Shown here: in pieces, positions 18,146 through 29,306 of the stretch
Position numbering within the stretch: the first letter of the stretch is position 1
Layout: every line of letters begins with the position of its first letter
NCBI GenBank assembly: GCA_943841495.1
Contig: CALSYL010000003.1
Coordinates: forward strand, 16,915 to 80,914
From: an uncultured bacterium
GTDB lineage: Bacteria > Fidelibacterota > Marinisomatia > Marinisomatales > Marinisomataceae
Length of the DNA stretch: 64,000 bases
Reading direction: 5' to 3'
The notes under the pieces: model-generated
What the model saw: only the letters and a program-made list of their open reading frames with translations
Told to the model about the DNA's origin: nothing
Databases searched by the model: none
Position numbers and translations under genes: made by a program

Positions 18146-20766
18146 AATTACTAGAAAAAAAACATATCCCATCTGAGATTGAACAAAAATGGTATGATTA
18201 CTGGCTTAAAAAAAAATACTTTTCAAGCAAGGAATCAGATAATCATTATACAATCGTTATACCCCCACCTAATGTTACTGGTAAGCTTCATATGGGGCAT
18301 GTTCTTAATAACACCATTCAAGATATATTAATTAGAAAAGCTAGGATGGAAGGTAAGAATGCTTGTTGGATTCCTGGAACTGACCATGCCTCGATTGCTA
18401 CTGAATCAAAAGTCACAAAAATGTTACAAGAACAAGGAATTAACAAAAAAGATTTATCTAGAGATGAATTTCTTGAACATGCATGGCAATGGAAAGAAAA
18501 GTATGGTGGAACTATTATTAATCAATTACAAAAACTAGGATGTTCATGTGATTGGGATAAAACAAGCTTTACAATGGATCCAGATTATTCAAAAGCTGTT
18601 TTAGAGTCTTTTGTTAGACTTTACAATAAGGGTTTAATATATAAGGGAAGTAAGCTTGTTAATTGGTGCCCAAAATCACAAACTGCGCTAAGCGATGAAG
18701 AAGTCATGTTTAAAGAGGTTAATGGAAAGCTTTGGCATATTAAATATGCAATTAATAATAGTGACTCATTTATAGAAATTGCTACAACTAGACCAGAAAC
18801 GATGTTAGGCGACACAGCTATTGCTGTTAACCCCAAAGATAATAGGTATAAGCAAATGGTTGGTAAAACAGCATCCTTGCCGCTAGTGGGAAGAAATATT
18901 CCAATTATTGCCGATAGCATGGTTGATCCAGAATTTGGTACCGGCTGTGTAAAAATTACTCCAGCACATGATTTAAATGATTATGAGGTTGGTATCAGAC
19001 ATAATCTTGAAATAATAAATATCATGAATTCAGATGGGTCTATAAGCAATAAAGCTCCAGATAAATATGTAGGCTTGAGCAGAGAGGATGCAAGAAAAAA
19101 AATAGTCAATGATCTCAAAGATCTAGGTCATTTGTCTAAAGAAGAGGAGTATTTACATAAAGTAGGATTCTCGGAAAGAGGAGACGTACCAATAGAATAT
19201 TATTTATCTGAGCAATGGTTTTTAAAAATGAAAGATCTTGCTATGCCTGCTAGCAAAGCTGTTAAAGATAAAGAAATAAATTTTTATCCTAATCATTGGG
19301 TAAAAACGTACAATCATTGGATGGACAATATCCAAGATTGGTGTATTAGTAGGCAGTTATATTGGGGGCATCAAATACCAGTATGGTATAAAAAAGATTC
19401 AGATAGAACCAATCAAGAAAACTGGTATATTTCTACTACTCCTCCATCGGACATAGAAAATTGGGAGCAAGATGAAGACGTGCTAGACACTTGGTTTAGT
19501 TCATGGCTATGGCCTTTCGCTGTACATGGGTGGCCAGATAAAGAAAAGACCAATTATTTTCCAACTAATGCACTAGTAACAGGCCCAGATATTATATTTT
19601 TTTGGGTCGCTAGAATGATTATGTCAGGGTATGAATTCATGGGAGATTTGCCATTTAGAGATGTTTATTTTACCAGCATTTTAAGAGACGAAAAAGGAAG
19701 AAAGTTAAGCAAGTCGCTTGGAAATTCTCCTGACCCTATAACACTTTTTGATAAATATGGCACTGATGCAACCAGATTTTCAATAATGCTAATGTCTCCA
19801 CAAGGATCAGATGTTTATTTTTCAGAGAAAGGAATTGAGGTTGGTAGAAATTTTATGACAAAGATCTGGAATGCTAGCCGATTTATTATGCTAAATCATA
19901 ATGACGATTTTTCTGATGAAATTGATTATGACAATATTGATAATTTTGACAAATGGATTTTAAGCTCATTGGATGATACAGTAAGAGAAGTAAATAAATC
20001 ATTTGATAAATATCAATTTAATGAAGCAATCAAAAAAATATATGATTTTACCTGGAATGAATTCTGTAATTGGTATATTGAAATTGTAAAAGACAGATTT
20101 AATAGTTCAAACTTATCTCTTAGAAGCAATGCATTTAATATTTCAAAATATATTATCAAAAAAATACTATTATTATTACACCCAATTTCTCCATTTATTT
20201 CGGAAGAAATTTGGAATCATTTAAAAAACAAAAATGATAAAGATATTATAATATCTCCATGGCCATCTACTAGTAATAAAGTTAAATCTTATGATAATGA
20301 AAGCATTAAAGATTTTAAAGAAATCGTAACATCTATTAGAACCATACGTTCAGAATTAAATATTGCTCCATCTAAAAAAATTGATATTATAATATCAGTT
20401 AAGAGTGATTTAGAGGTAAATACAATCAATGCTTACACACATTTGATAAGAAAGCTTTCAAATACTGATAAAATTGATTTAGGTCTCAAAATAGAAAAGC
20501 CTTCTAACTCAGCACTTGCAGTATGCAGAATAGCAGAAATATATATTCCATTGGGCAAGCTTGTTGATAAGAATGAAGAAATTTTAAAACTAAATAAAAG
20601 ACTATCTGAACTCGATAAATTAATTTCGTCGATTGAAGCCAAGTTATCAAATAAGCAATTTATTGATAAAGCTCCTGAAAAAGTTGTAGATGGAGAAAAA
20701 AATAAACTAAATGATTTTATCATTGAAAGAGAAAAAATTCTTTCTAATATTGAGGTATTAAAATGA
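18142..20766 (+). CDS. valS: Valine--tRNA ligase
   Basis: PPPNVTGKLHMGH, DWCISRQLYWGH, DVLDTWFSS, KLSKSLGN, C-terminal coiled coil. Confidence 0.97.
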   Translation: MKLLEKKHIPSEIEQKWYDYWLKKKYFSSKESDNHYTIVIPPPNVTGKLHMGHVLNNTIQDILIRKARMEGKNACWIPGTDHASIATESKVTKMLQEQGINKKDLSRDEFLEHAWQWKEKYGGTIINQLQKLGCSCDWDKTSFTMDPDYSKAVLESFVRLYNKGLIYKGSKLVNWCPKSQTALSDEEVMFKEVNGKLWHIKYAINNSDSFIEIATTRPETMLGDTAIAVNPKDNRYKQMVGKTASLPLVGRNIPIIADSMVDPEFGTGCVKITPAHDLNDYEVGIRHNLEIINIMNSDGSISNKAPDKYVGLSREDARKKIVNDLKDLGHLSKEEEYLHKVGFSERGDVPIEYYLSEQWFLKMKDLAMPASKAVKDKEINFYPNHWVKTYNHWMDNIQDWCISRQLYWGHQIPVWYKKDSDRTNQENWYISTTPPSDIENWEQDEDVLDTWFSSWLWPFAVHGWPDKEKTNYFPTNALVTGPDIIFFWVARMIMSGYEFMGDLPFRDVYFTSILRDEKGRKLSKSLGNSPDPITLFDKYGTDATRFSIMLMSPQGSDVYFSEKGIEVGRNFMTKIWNASRFIMLNHNDDFSDEIDYDNIDNFDKWILSSLDDTVREVNKSFDKYQFNEAIKKIYDFTWNEFCNWYIEIVKDRFNSSNLSLRSNAFNISKYIIKKILLLLHPISPFISEEIWNHLKNKNDKDIIISPWPSTSNKVKSYDNESIKDFKEIVTSIRTIRSELNIAPSKKIDIIISVKSDLEVNTINAYTHLIRKLSNTDKIDLGLKIEKPSNSALAVCRIAEIYIPLGKLVDKNEEILKLNKRLSELDKLISSIEAKLSNKQFIDKAPEKVVDGEKNKLNDFIIEREKILSNIEVLK

Positions 20767-22097
20767 AAAAAATAATTTTACTCTTTTTATCGTTAAATCT
20801 TGTTTTTGCACAGCTTGATAGCCCTGCTAGATCGCTCACGATATATAAAGATAATTTTGCTTTAGTAAATGAGCCGATTGTTTGGAATTTGAAATTGGGA
20901 AGAAATATTTCTTCGTTTACCAATATATCACAAAATCTCCTTTTTGATTCGCCTGTGCTTAGTGTAGAAGGTGTTCAAGTATTATCTCAAACTTTAAATA
21001 GAAATTTTTCATCAACTGACGCATTTTTAAAAAATAATATTGGTGCTGCTGTTGAAGTAAAACCTAATGATGGTTCCAATGTGCAAGGAATCCTAATGGA
21101 TTATAATGGTTCAACTATTTCAATAAAGACAAATAAAGGATTAGTTGTATTTCAAAGATCGCAGTTGAGTTATTTCACATTAAAATCCTCAACTGTTCAA
21201 GATAAGTTTACGCCAGAAATTCGCTGGGAAATAATTTCAGATGAAGATAAATCAGTCAATGCTGATTTATCATATATTACATCAGGTTTTTCATGGAAAC
21301 CAATTTATACATTAACAATCAACAATTCTGATTCTTCAGCTATGTTGTCGATAAATGCTGAAGTATCTAATAATTCTAATGTTAATTTGTTTGCTTTAGA
21401 TTTAAGCGTAGTTGAAGGCAATGTGCCATTGCATTCTTCTAGAAAAAATTCTAGCAGCTATCAAATGGTGGAATCTAGAGGGAGTGCCATGGAGAATCGT
21501 GCCATGCTTGGAGATTTCTATATTTTTAATTTAGGAAAAAATTTGAATTTAGATGCTATGCAAACAATTCAATTACCTATGATGAAAACAAGAAATATTT
21601 CCTATGATAAAAAATATATCTATAAAAATTCGGAAAGAGAGCAAGGAGATGGACCATTAAGCGTTGAAGTATCATTTGAAAATTCCATTGAAAATAATCT
21701 TGAACTTCCTCTTCCATCTGGCATTTTATATTTGTACGAAAAAAATGTTACAGGGGGATTAAGTTTTTTAGGTAGAAATGGATTATCTCAATTGTATAAA
21801 GGTGGTACTGCTATTTTAGATGGTGGAAAAGCATTTGATGTTATAGGTAAAAGAAGGATTTTAAACTTTGATAGACAAACTAATAGTGAAGAATCAACTA
21901 TCTCAATACAAATTATTAATACTAGCGATAAATCTATTAAAGTGAAGGCCATTGAAAACATTATTGGTGATTGGGTAATTAAAGAATCTTCATCAATGTA
22001 TATTAAAGAAGATGCTTCTACTATCTATTTCCCACTTGAAATCGAAGCTGGAGCTTCCGAGCTTATCACATACACTTACAAAAAAGAATGGAAATAA
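20763..22097 (+). CDS. Secreted DUF4139 domain protein
   Basis: Signal peptide, LTIYKDNFALV, LSYITSGFSWKPIY, LPLPSG. Confidence 0.7.
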   Translation: MKKIILLFLSLNLVFAQLDSPARSLTIYKDNFALVNEPIVWNLKLGRNISSFTNISQNLLFDSPVLSVEGVQVLSQTLNRNFSSTDAFLKNNIGAAVEVKPNDGSNVQGILMDYNGSTISIKTNKGLVVFQRSQLSYFTLKSSTVQDKFTPEIRWEIISDEDKSVNADLSYITSGFSWKPIYTLTINNSDSSAMLSINAEVSNNSNVNLFALDLSVVEGNVPLHSSRKNSSSYQMVESRGSAMENRAMLGDFYIFNLGKNLNLDAMQTIQLPMMKTRNISYDKKYIYKNSEREQGDGPLSVEVSFENSIENNLELPLPSGILYLYEKNVTGGLSFLGRNGLSQLYKGGTAILDGGKAFDVIGKRRILNFDRQTNSEESTISIQIINTSDKSIKVKAIENIIGDWVIKESSSMYIKEDASTIYFPLEIEAGASELITYTYKKEWK

Positions 22098-22103
22098 TGT
22101 CTT

Positions 22104-24203
22104 TTGAGCGAAGCGTTACAAAATTCTAATTCGTTAGAAACACCAATACAGTATATTAAAGGAGTCGGTCCTAAAAGAGCTAATGCGCTTGAATCCCTTA
22201 ATATTTTTACAATCAAAGATTTACTTTATTATTTTCCAAGAAAATATGTTGATAGAACATCTTTATCTACTATAGGATCAATTAAGGAAGGAGAAGAAGT
22301 CAATCTTGTTGGTAGAGTAAAGTCTGTCAGTCTAAAAAGAATGAAAAAAGGGAACTTTGTTACATCAACTGTGGCTGATCATACTGGATCAGTACGATTA
22401 ATGTGGTTTAATGCTGCAGACTATATTCACCAATCTTTAAAAGTAGGAGATTTGATTACTATTCATGGAAAAGTAGCGGCTTACAAGGGAAACCCACAAA
22501 TTGTCCATCCAGAATATGATAAACTAAATGCTAACGAAATTTCGTTAACAACGGGATTTATTATTCCCGTATATCCTTTAACAGAAGATTTAAAAAAATC
22601 GGGTCTAGATAATAGAAATTTAAGAAAGATAATATATCTAGCTTTGGAGTCGATTGATAATATTGACGATCATTTCAACCAAGAGTTAAGAAAGGAATTT
22701 GAAATCGAAGATTTAAATACATCTTTGCGCAATATTCATTATCCAAAAGATTTTAAATCATTAGACAATTCAATTCATAGGCTAAAATACGATGAACACT
22801 TTTTTCTTCAACTGCTATTAGCATTACGAAAAAACAAAATCAAAGAAAATAAATGTGATTCTATAAAGTTTAAAACAACTACTTATAATAAAATTTTAAA
22901 CAATCTTCCTTTTGATTTAACAGGTAGTCAAAAACTTACACTTAGAGAAATTGTAGATGATTTTTTATCCGAAAATCCAATGAATAGAATGATTCAAGGT
23001 GATGTTGGATGTGGTAAAACAATCGTATCAGTTCTTGCTTCTGCTATTGTAGTTGACAATAATTATCAAGTTGCTATTATGGCACCTACAGATTTACTAT
23101 CAAAACAGCTCTATAAAAATTTTAAATCTCATTTTGATCAAGCTAATATTAAGTGTTCGTTGTTAGTTGGAAGTCTAAAGGCAAACGAGAAAAAGAAAAT
23201 ATTAGAAAACATAAAAAGCGGTAAATCTAATATAGTTATTGGCACGCATGCACTATTCCAGAAGGATGTAGTTTTTAATAATCTTGGGTTTGTAGTTATT
23301 GATGAACAACATCGTTTTGGAGTAAACCAAAGAGAAAAATTACTATCAAAGAGCAAGAATCCAAACCTTATGGCAATGACAGCTACGCCAATACCAAGAA
23401 CACTAGCTATTACTTATAATGGAGATATGGATCTTTCAATAATTGATGAATTGCCAAAAAATAGGCCGGAAATACATACTTCATATATTGCAAAGGACAA
23501 TCTTTCAACTGCATATAATTTCATTAGAGAAAAAGTTGATGACGGTGGTCAAACTATCATTGTATATCCACTAATCAATGAAAGTGATAAACAGGATCTT
23601 TCAGCTGCAGTTGAATCATATGAATATTTAAGAGATAATATATTTCCTGATTTAAAAGTTGGACTGATGCATGGAAAACTAGAGAATGAGTTAAAAAATG
23701 ATGAAATGAAAAAGTTTATGAATGGAGAAATCAATATTTTAGTTTCGACAACAGTTGTTGAGGTGGGCATAGATAATCCGAATGTAAACGTAATATTAAT
23801 CAATAATACAGAAAGATTTGGTCTAAGTCAGATTCACCAATTAAGAGGTAGAGTTGGTAGAGGAGTATTGACAAGCTATTGTCTATTATGTAGTGATAGC
23901 GAATCTCCTAAAACAAAAGAAAGACTGCAAATTATAGTTAACTCAAGAAATGGTTTTGATATAGCAGATGAAGATTTAAAATTAAGAGGACCAGGAGAAT
24001 TTTTTGGTGAAAAACAAAGTGGATTTATAAAGTTTAGAATTGCTGACTTAACTACAGATGGTCCAATTATTAGAAATGCTCGAATGAATGCTTTTGAAAT
24101 TATTAAGAATGATGCAAATTTGACCCAAGAAAAACATTTAATTATCAAAGAAAAATTTGATGAGGAATATTTAAAATTATTTTTAAAAACAACAGTAAAC
24201 TGA
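22104..24203 (+). CDS. recG: ATP-dependent DNA helicase RecG
   Basis: IKGVGPK, wedge domain, QGDVGCGKT, DEQHRFG, MTATPIPRTL, QLRGRVGR, DLKLRGPGE. Confidence 0.97.
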   Translation: MSEALQNSNSLETPIQYIKGVGPKRANALESLNIFTIKDLLYYFPRKYVDRTSLSTIGSIKEGEEVNLVGRVKSVSLKRMKKGNFVTSTVADHTGSVRLMWFNAADYIHQSLKVGDLITIHGKVAAYKGNPQIVHPEYDKLNANEISLTTGFIIPVYPLTEDLKKSGLDNRNLRKIIYLALESIDNIDDHFNQELRKEFEIEDLNTSLRNIHYPKDFKSLDNSIHRLKYDEHFFLQLLLALRKNKIKENKCDSIKFKTTTYNKILNNLPFDLTGSQKLTLREIVDDFLSENPMNRMIQGDVGCGKTIVSVLASAIVVDNNYQVAIMAPTDLLSKQLYKNFKSHFDQANIKCSLLVGSLKANEKKKILENIKSGKSNIVIGTHALFQKDVVFNNLGFVVIDEQHRFGVNQREKLLSKSKNPNLMAMTATPIPRTLAITYNGDMDLSIIDELPKNRPEIHTSYIAKDNLSTAYNFIREKVDDGGQTIIVYPLINESDKQDLSAAVESYEYLRDNIFPDLKVGLMHGKLENELKNDEMKKFMNGEINILVSTTVVEVGIDNPNVNVILINNTERFGLSQIHQLRGRVGRGVLTSYCLLCSDSESPKTKERLQIIVNSRNGFDIADEDLKLRGPGEFFGEKQSGFIKFRIADLTTDGPIIRNARMNAFEIIKNDANLTQEKHLIIKEKFDEEYLKLFLKTTVN

Positions 24204-24210
24204 GGACGTT

Positions 24211-24528
24211 ATGAAAGAAAAACCAACAGAAAAACAATTATTTGATGCTTTAATATCACAAACAGCATATGGTATTTGGGTATCATTAGGAAAGCTGCAA
24301 AATCCAGTGAGTGGAGAAACTTCAATAGATCTTACACAGGCTTCAATCCAAATAGATATGTTAGGAATGATTAATAATAAAATGCACGCAAGTCTTACAG
24401 ATGATGAAAGAGAATATATTGATAAAGTTTTAGCAGAAGCAAAAATGAATTACATCGAAGTAGAAAAAAATGAAGAAAATAATGCAAGTGAATCTTTAGA
24501 AGAAGAAAATAAAGATACTGAAAAATAA
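24211..24528 (+). CDS. DUF1844 domain protein
   Basis: SLGKLQNPVSGETSIDLTQASIQIDMLGMI. Confidence 0.7.
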   Translation: MKEKPTEKQLFDALISQTAYGIWVSLGKLQNPVSGETSIDLTQASIQIDMLGMINNKMHASLTDDEREYIDKVLAEAKMNYIEVEKNEENNASESLEEENKDTEK

Positions 24529-24529
24529 A

Positions 24530-27412
24530 TTGAATTTTTTCACTTCCTATAGTAAAAAATTAGAGCATACAATAGCAGCAATATTATTTATAATTACTTT
24601 TGCTATTTATTTCTCTACCATGGCTCCAACTGTTTCTTTTTGGGACACAGGAGAGTTTATTGCAACTTCTCATATCCTTGGGGTTCCTCATCCCCCTGGT
24701 AGTCCATTATTCTTACTCATAGGAAAGTTTTTTACTTTAATACCTATCAGCAAGGATATTGCATTTAGATTCAATATTTTTTCACCAATAATTAGTGCAT
24801 TAACTATCAGTCTATTATTCTTGATATGTAATCAATTTATTAACAGGCTGGATACAAATGATGAATCAAAGTTTTTTAAGATGTGGTCCTCAGTTACTGC
24901 TTCATTGACTTTTGCATTTACACATAGTCATTGGTTTAATGCAGTAGAAACAGAAGTGTATGCTTTTAGCGGTTTTATGACAGCACTGGTTGTGTATTTA
25001 ATTATGCTTTGGTCTAAAAATATTCAAAAGGACAATCATATTATTTATTTGATTTTCATTGCGTATATCATTGGACTGGCTACAGGACTTCACTTGCTTA
25101 ATTTGCTAACAATTCCCTTTATTGGTCTAATTATATATTTTACTCTAGGACATTTAAGTAAGGTTAATTTTTTAATAACAATAATTATTTCGTTAGCTGT
25201 TTTCTTTGGGATTCAGGATGGAATAATTAAAGGTATACCTATTTTAACAAATTCTATTGGCCTTTATGGTTTGTTAGCAACTCTAATATCACTATTAATT
25301 TTTACTGCTTATTCAATTAAGAATAACAAAATAATATTGTCTATTTTTTCAACATCCATAGTGTTAATTATTTTAGGTTATTCAACTTATTTTGCAATTT
25401 TTATCAGATCAGGTCAAGACCCTAATATAGATGAAAACAATCCTGAAACTATAGCTGAAGCTATATCATATTTAAACAGAGATCAATATGGGCAAATGAC
25501 TATTTTACCAAGAAAATTTAATTCACTTCCTTCAAAGATATCAATTGTTGGGTCTCCAGAAAATGGGGGTACTGATTTTTCTATCAATCAAAATATTGAC
25601 TATATGTTATATGAAATTCCATCTCAGATGAATTTTTTATGGAATTATCAAATCAAAAAAATGTATATAAGATATTTTCTTTGGCAATTTGCTGGAAAGG
25701 GAGATAGTGAAGATCCTTTTGTAGCAGCAGTTGGTGCAAAGGAGGCCGAAGATGGAGTTGATTGGAGACAATTTGGATTACCTTTGGCATTGATAATGGG
25801 TTTAATTGGAATGGTTTATCACTTTAGAAGAAATAAGTATGATGCTTTTTCTTTAATGGTATTGTTCTTAATGACCGGCTTAGCAATTATCTTTTATTTA
25901 AATCAAGATTCTCCTCAACCTAGAGAGAGAGATTATTCATACGTTGCAAGTTTCATGACATTTTCTATTTGGATAGGTTTAGGAGTGTATGCATTCATTA
26001 ATTTTATTTCTGATACTTTCTTGGAAAAATCTATTAAACTAAAATTTTCATATTTTATGATTTCTCTATTTATTCTATTTATGCCCATGAGAATGTTGTT
26101 AGCCAATTATGATAGACATGATAGAACTGGAAATTACATTGCATGGGATATGGCTTATAATATGCTTCAAACATGTGAACAAAACGCCATTTTATTTACA
26201 AATGGAGATAATGATACATTCCCATTATGGTATTTGCAAGAAGTAGAAGATATTAGAAAGGATGTGGTAGTTGCAAATTTAAGTCTATTAAATACACCTT
26301 GGTATGTTGAGCAATTAAGAGATAGATACCCTAGTAATCCATTTATAAAAATGAATAATTCTGAGATTAAACAGTTAGATTTTAAAAGATGGGAAGCTAA
26401 AACAATATCAATCAATGCGCCTAAAAATGAAAATAATATTGAGGGGAAAATAGAGTGGGAATTAAATCCCACTTATTTAGGGGTAGCATTGAGGACTCAA
26501 GATATTATGGTATTAAGGATTATAAACGATAATAATTGGAATAGACCAGTTTATTTCGCGGTGACAGTTTCTCCTACAAGCATGCTAAATCTTGATAATT
26601 ATTTACAAATGGAAGGGTTAGCTTATAGGCTGGTTAATAATTCTAAAGATGTTATAAATCAACAAAAAATGACTGAAAATCTTATGAATTATATAGGAGA
26701 TAAGTCCTGGTTTCAGGACTACGACGCAAATCAGAATGTCAAATCCAAAGATTCTATTTCAAAACAATATCAAAGAGGATATATCTATAGGAATCTAGCA
26801 AATCCAGGGGTCCACGTTGATCCACAGCTTGGAAGATTAATCCAAAACTATAGAACTGGTTTTGTAAGACTATCTATATCACACTATCTAGAAAAAAATT
26901 ATCAGCAAGCAGAAAATGCTTTATTAAAAATGGAAGAGATAATGCCAAGCAGTGTAGTGCCAATACCATCAAAAGAGTTACAGTATCAGATTGCTCAAGT
27001 GTACAACGGAATAGGCAATCAAGAAAAAATGAAATATCATATGAAAGAGTTGGTTGCTCGTAAGGACTTGATGCTTTCTGATTATTTATTATATGGAAAA
27101 ACATTTATTCAATCATTAGAAGATTTTGATGAATCAAGATTAATTTTTGAAACCATTTATCAGAACTATAAAATCATAGATCGGGCTATTTCTAAAAAAG
27201 GATTTGCCGCAACAAAAATTTCACAATCAGAATGGAATGAATGGCAAAAATCATTACCTGAAATCATTTATTTATTATACTTAAGCTATAAAAACTTAGA
27301 GATGTATGAAGAGGCTAAGATTTTGTTGAAAGAATGGATTGATAAAAATCCTTTAGATGACAACGCTCAAAAATTATTAGACGAGATTATTCTGTTAGAA
27401 TCTTCATCATGA
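24530..27412 (+). CDS. DUF2723 / TMEM260-like GT-C membrane glycosyltransferase with TPR-like C-terminus
   Basis: APTVSFWDTGEFIA..LGVPHPPGSPLF, AVETEVY, many TM helices, PRERDYSY, FTNGDNDTFPLWYLQEVE, NLSLLNTPWY. Confidence 0.85.
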   Translation: MNFFTSYSKKLEHTIAAILFIITFAIYFSTMAPTVSFWDTGEFIATSHILGVPHPPGSPLFLLIGKFFTLIPISKDIAFRFNIFSPIISALTISLLFLICNQFINRLDTNDESKFFKMWSSVTASLTFAFTHSHWFNAVETEVYAFSGFMTALVVYLIMLWSKNIQKDNHIIYLIFIAYIIGLATGLHLLNLLTIPFIGLIIYFTLGHLSKVNFLITIIISLAVFFGIQDGIIKGIPILTNSIGLYGLLATLISLLIFTAYSIKNNKIILSIFSTSIVLIILGYSTYFAIFIRSGQDPNIDENNPETIAEAISYLNRDQYGQMTILPRKFNSLPSKISIVGSPENGGTDFSINQNIDYMLYEIPSQMNFLWNYQIKKMYIRYFLWQFAGKGDSEDPFVAAVGAKEAEDGVDWRQFGLPLALIMGLIGMVYHFRRNKYDAFSLMVLFLMTGLAIIFYLNQDSPQPRERDYSYVASFMTFSIWIGLGVYAFINFISDTFLEKSIKLKFSYFMISLFILFMPMRMLLANYDRHDRTGNYIAWDMAYNMLQTCEQNAILFTNGDNDTFPLWYLQEVEDIRKDVVVANLSLLNTPWYVEQLRDRYPSNPFIKMNNSEIKQLDFKRWEAKTISINAPKNENNIEGKIEWELNPTYLGVALRTQDIMVLRIINDNNWNRPVYFAVTVSPTSMLNLDNYLQMEGLAYRLVNNSKDVINQQKMTENLMNYIGDKSWFQDYDANQNVKSKDSISKQYQRGYIYRNLANPGVHVDPQLGRLIQNYRTGFVRLSISHYLEKNYQQAENALLKMEEIMPSSVVPIPSKELQYQIAQVYNGIGNQEKMKYHMKELVARKDLMLSDYLLYGKTFIQSLEDFDESRLIFETIYQNYKIIDRAISKKGFAATKISQSEWNEWQKSLPEIIYLLYLSYKNLEMYEEAKILLKEWIDKNPLDDNAQKLLDEIILLESSS

Positions 27413-28422
27413 CGGTTTCGATAATTATTCCACACCATAATGGTAAAAAGCTATTATTTGATTGTGTCGATTCTATATATAAAAACATTACCACTCAAGA
27501 CTTTGAAGTAATTGTCGTTGATAATATGTCAAATGATAATTCTGCTGACGAGGTTAAAGAAAAATTTCCAACAATTAATCTTCTCAAAACAGGTTCAAAT
27601 ATAGGTTATAGTGGAGGGTGTAATTTTGGAGCAAAACATGCTCAAGGCGAATATATAATTTTCTTAAACAATGATACTTTACACACAAAAAATTGGATTG
27701 AAGAGTTGGTAAATTTTTTAGAAAACAATCCTCAAGTGGGAGCTGCTCAACCTAAAATCCTGAATGCAATTAACAGAGAGATGTTTGATTATGCAGGTGG
27801 TGCGGGAGGATTTATAGATAAATATTGTTTTCCGTTTGTTAGAGGAAGATTATTTAATACTCTTGAAAAAGATATTAACCAATATGGAAATCCTAAGAAA
27901 ATATTTTGGGCTTCAGGCGCTGCTTTCATTATCAGAAAGCGTTTATTAGAGGAATTAGATTATTTTGATAATATCTATTTTGCGTACATGGAAGAAATTG
28001 ATCTGTGTTGGAGATTACAGTCGTTAGGATGGAGTGTTTGGTATGTTCCTTCCTCTTTGGTATATCATTATGGCAAGCAAACAATAAAAGAGAATTCTTT
28101 CAAATCACATTATTTTAATCACCGAAATTCTTGGATTTTATTCTTCAAGAATTCCCATTCATTTGAAAATGGATTATTAATTTTCAAGAGATATATCTTA
28201 GATCATATGGCTGCTATTTATTCTATTTTAATCTTAGACTTTAATAGATTTTTAGCAATTTTTGCTTCTCATTTATGGATAATTTATAATTGCAGAACTT
28301 TATTTCATTCTCGTAAAAATAATCATCTAAGAAATTCAAAAATAGATTTAATCTATGAAAATAGTATCGCTGTAGATTATTTTTTTAAAGGTAAAAAATA
28401 TTTTTCTCAAATATTCGACTGA
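27409..28422 (+). CDS. Glycosyltransferase family 2
   Basis: SIIIP, VVDNMSND, GYSGGCNFG, FLNNDT, YMEEIDLCWR. Confidence 0.9.
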   Translation: MTVSIIIPHHNGKKLLFDCVDSIYKNITTQDFEVIVVDNMSNDNSADEVKEKFPTINLLKTGSNIGYSGGCNFGAKHAQGEYIIFLNNDTLHTKNWIEELVNFLENNPQVGAAQPKILNAINREMFDYAGGAGGFIDKYCFPFVRGRLFNTLEKDINQYGNPKKIFWASGAAFIIRKRLLEELDYFDNIYFAYMEEIDLCWRLQSLGWSVWYVPSSLVYHYGKQTIKENSFKSHYFNHRNSWILFFKNSHSFENGLLIFKRYILDHMAAIYSILILDFNRFLAIFASHLWIIYNCRTLFHSRKNNHLRNSKIDLIYENSIAVDYFFKGKKYFSQIFD

Positions 28423-29276
28423 AAATCTTTATATATATTTGATCTTTGAGAATCCAAATATTGCATTTTAGTTAACATTTCTGTTTGTCCTAATTTTTCC
28501 ATTATTTCTCCAATTTTAGGTCCATGATATTTCATAAACATGCTTGTATAGTTTTCCTGTGTATAATTATCATAAATTTCATCGAGGTTTTTAATTATTT
28601 CTTTTAAAGAAATAAGGCAGTCGTCAATATTCCCATTATCAAATAATTCATAGGTAAGATATGTAGAGTACCTAAGTTTTCTTAAACCATTGTTTTCAGA
28701 AAGAATATTAATTTGCAATAGCCTTTGTTCCCAGCCTCGCGAGAAATTAGATGCATTAGAACGTACTGCTATGCTCCTTGCTTTTTCGTAGTGTTGATTT
28801 CCACCATAAAGACTCCAACTATCGAGCTCAGATCCTAAAATTATATTACCATAAAATCCAAGCAAACTCGATAACGGATCATAATATACACTATCATAAT
28901 AAAGAGATGAATTTTGACTTAAGGAAAACTGCGAACCTTTATCAAAAAAATGTAAATCTACATTATTGCTAAAAAGTGATTGGATTAAAAAAGCTTCAGA
29001 ATTTCCCGTATTTGCATTGCCTTCAAAAATAATTTGAATATTTAAATTCAGTTCTAAGTCTCGGTATTCATCATTCCATACAGTATCAACATAAAATTTT
29101 TTAATACTATTATTCAAATTAAAAAGTGCAGATTTTTCATCATCTCTAAGCAGTCTGTCATCAAATGAAATCGTTACATCTTTAAATTGAGCATAAAGAT
29201 TTGAGAAGAACATTAATATGATAATATATTTAATCACTTTTAATGCAAAAGTATATTTTATTAGTTTTCTTAGCAT
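28407..29276 (-). CDS. DUF4835 family protein (PorD-like)
   Basis: LLGFYGNIILGSELDSWSLYGGNQHYEKA...GW resembles the DUF4835 core; signal-peptide-like N-terminus. Confidence 0.65.
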   Translation of the reverse strand: MLRKLIKYTFALKVIKYIIILMFFSNLYAQFKDVTISFDDRLLRDDEKSALFNLNNSIKKFYVDTVWNDEYRDLELNLNIQIIFEGNANTGNSEAFLIQSLFSNNVDLHFFDKGSQFSLSQNSSLYYDSVYYDPLSSLLGFYGNIILGSELDSWSLYGGNQHYEKARSIAVRSNASNFSRGWEQRLLQINILSENNGLRKLRYSTYLTYELFDNGNIDDCLISLKEIIKNLDEIYDNYTQENYTSMFMKYHGPKIGEIMEKLGQTEMLTKMQYLDSQRSNIYKDFQSNI

Positions 29277-29306
29277 AATAGACCTATATATTTTTTAATT
29301 TACAAA

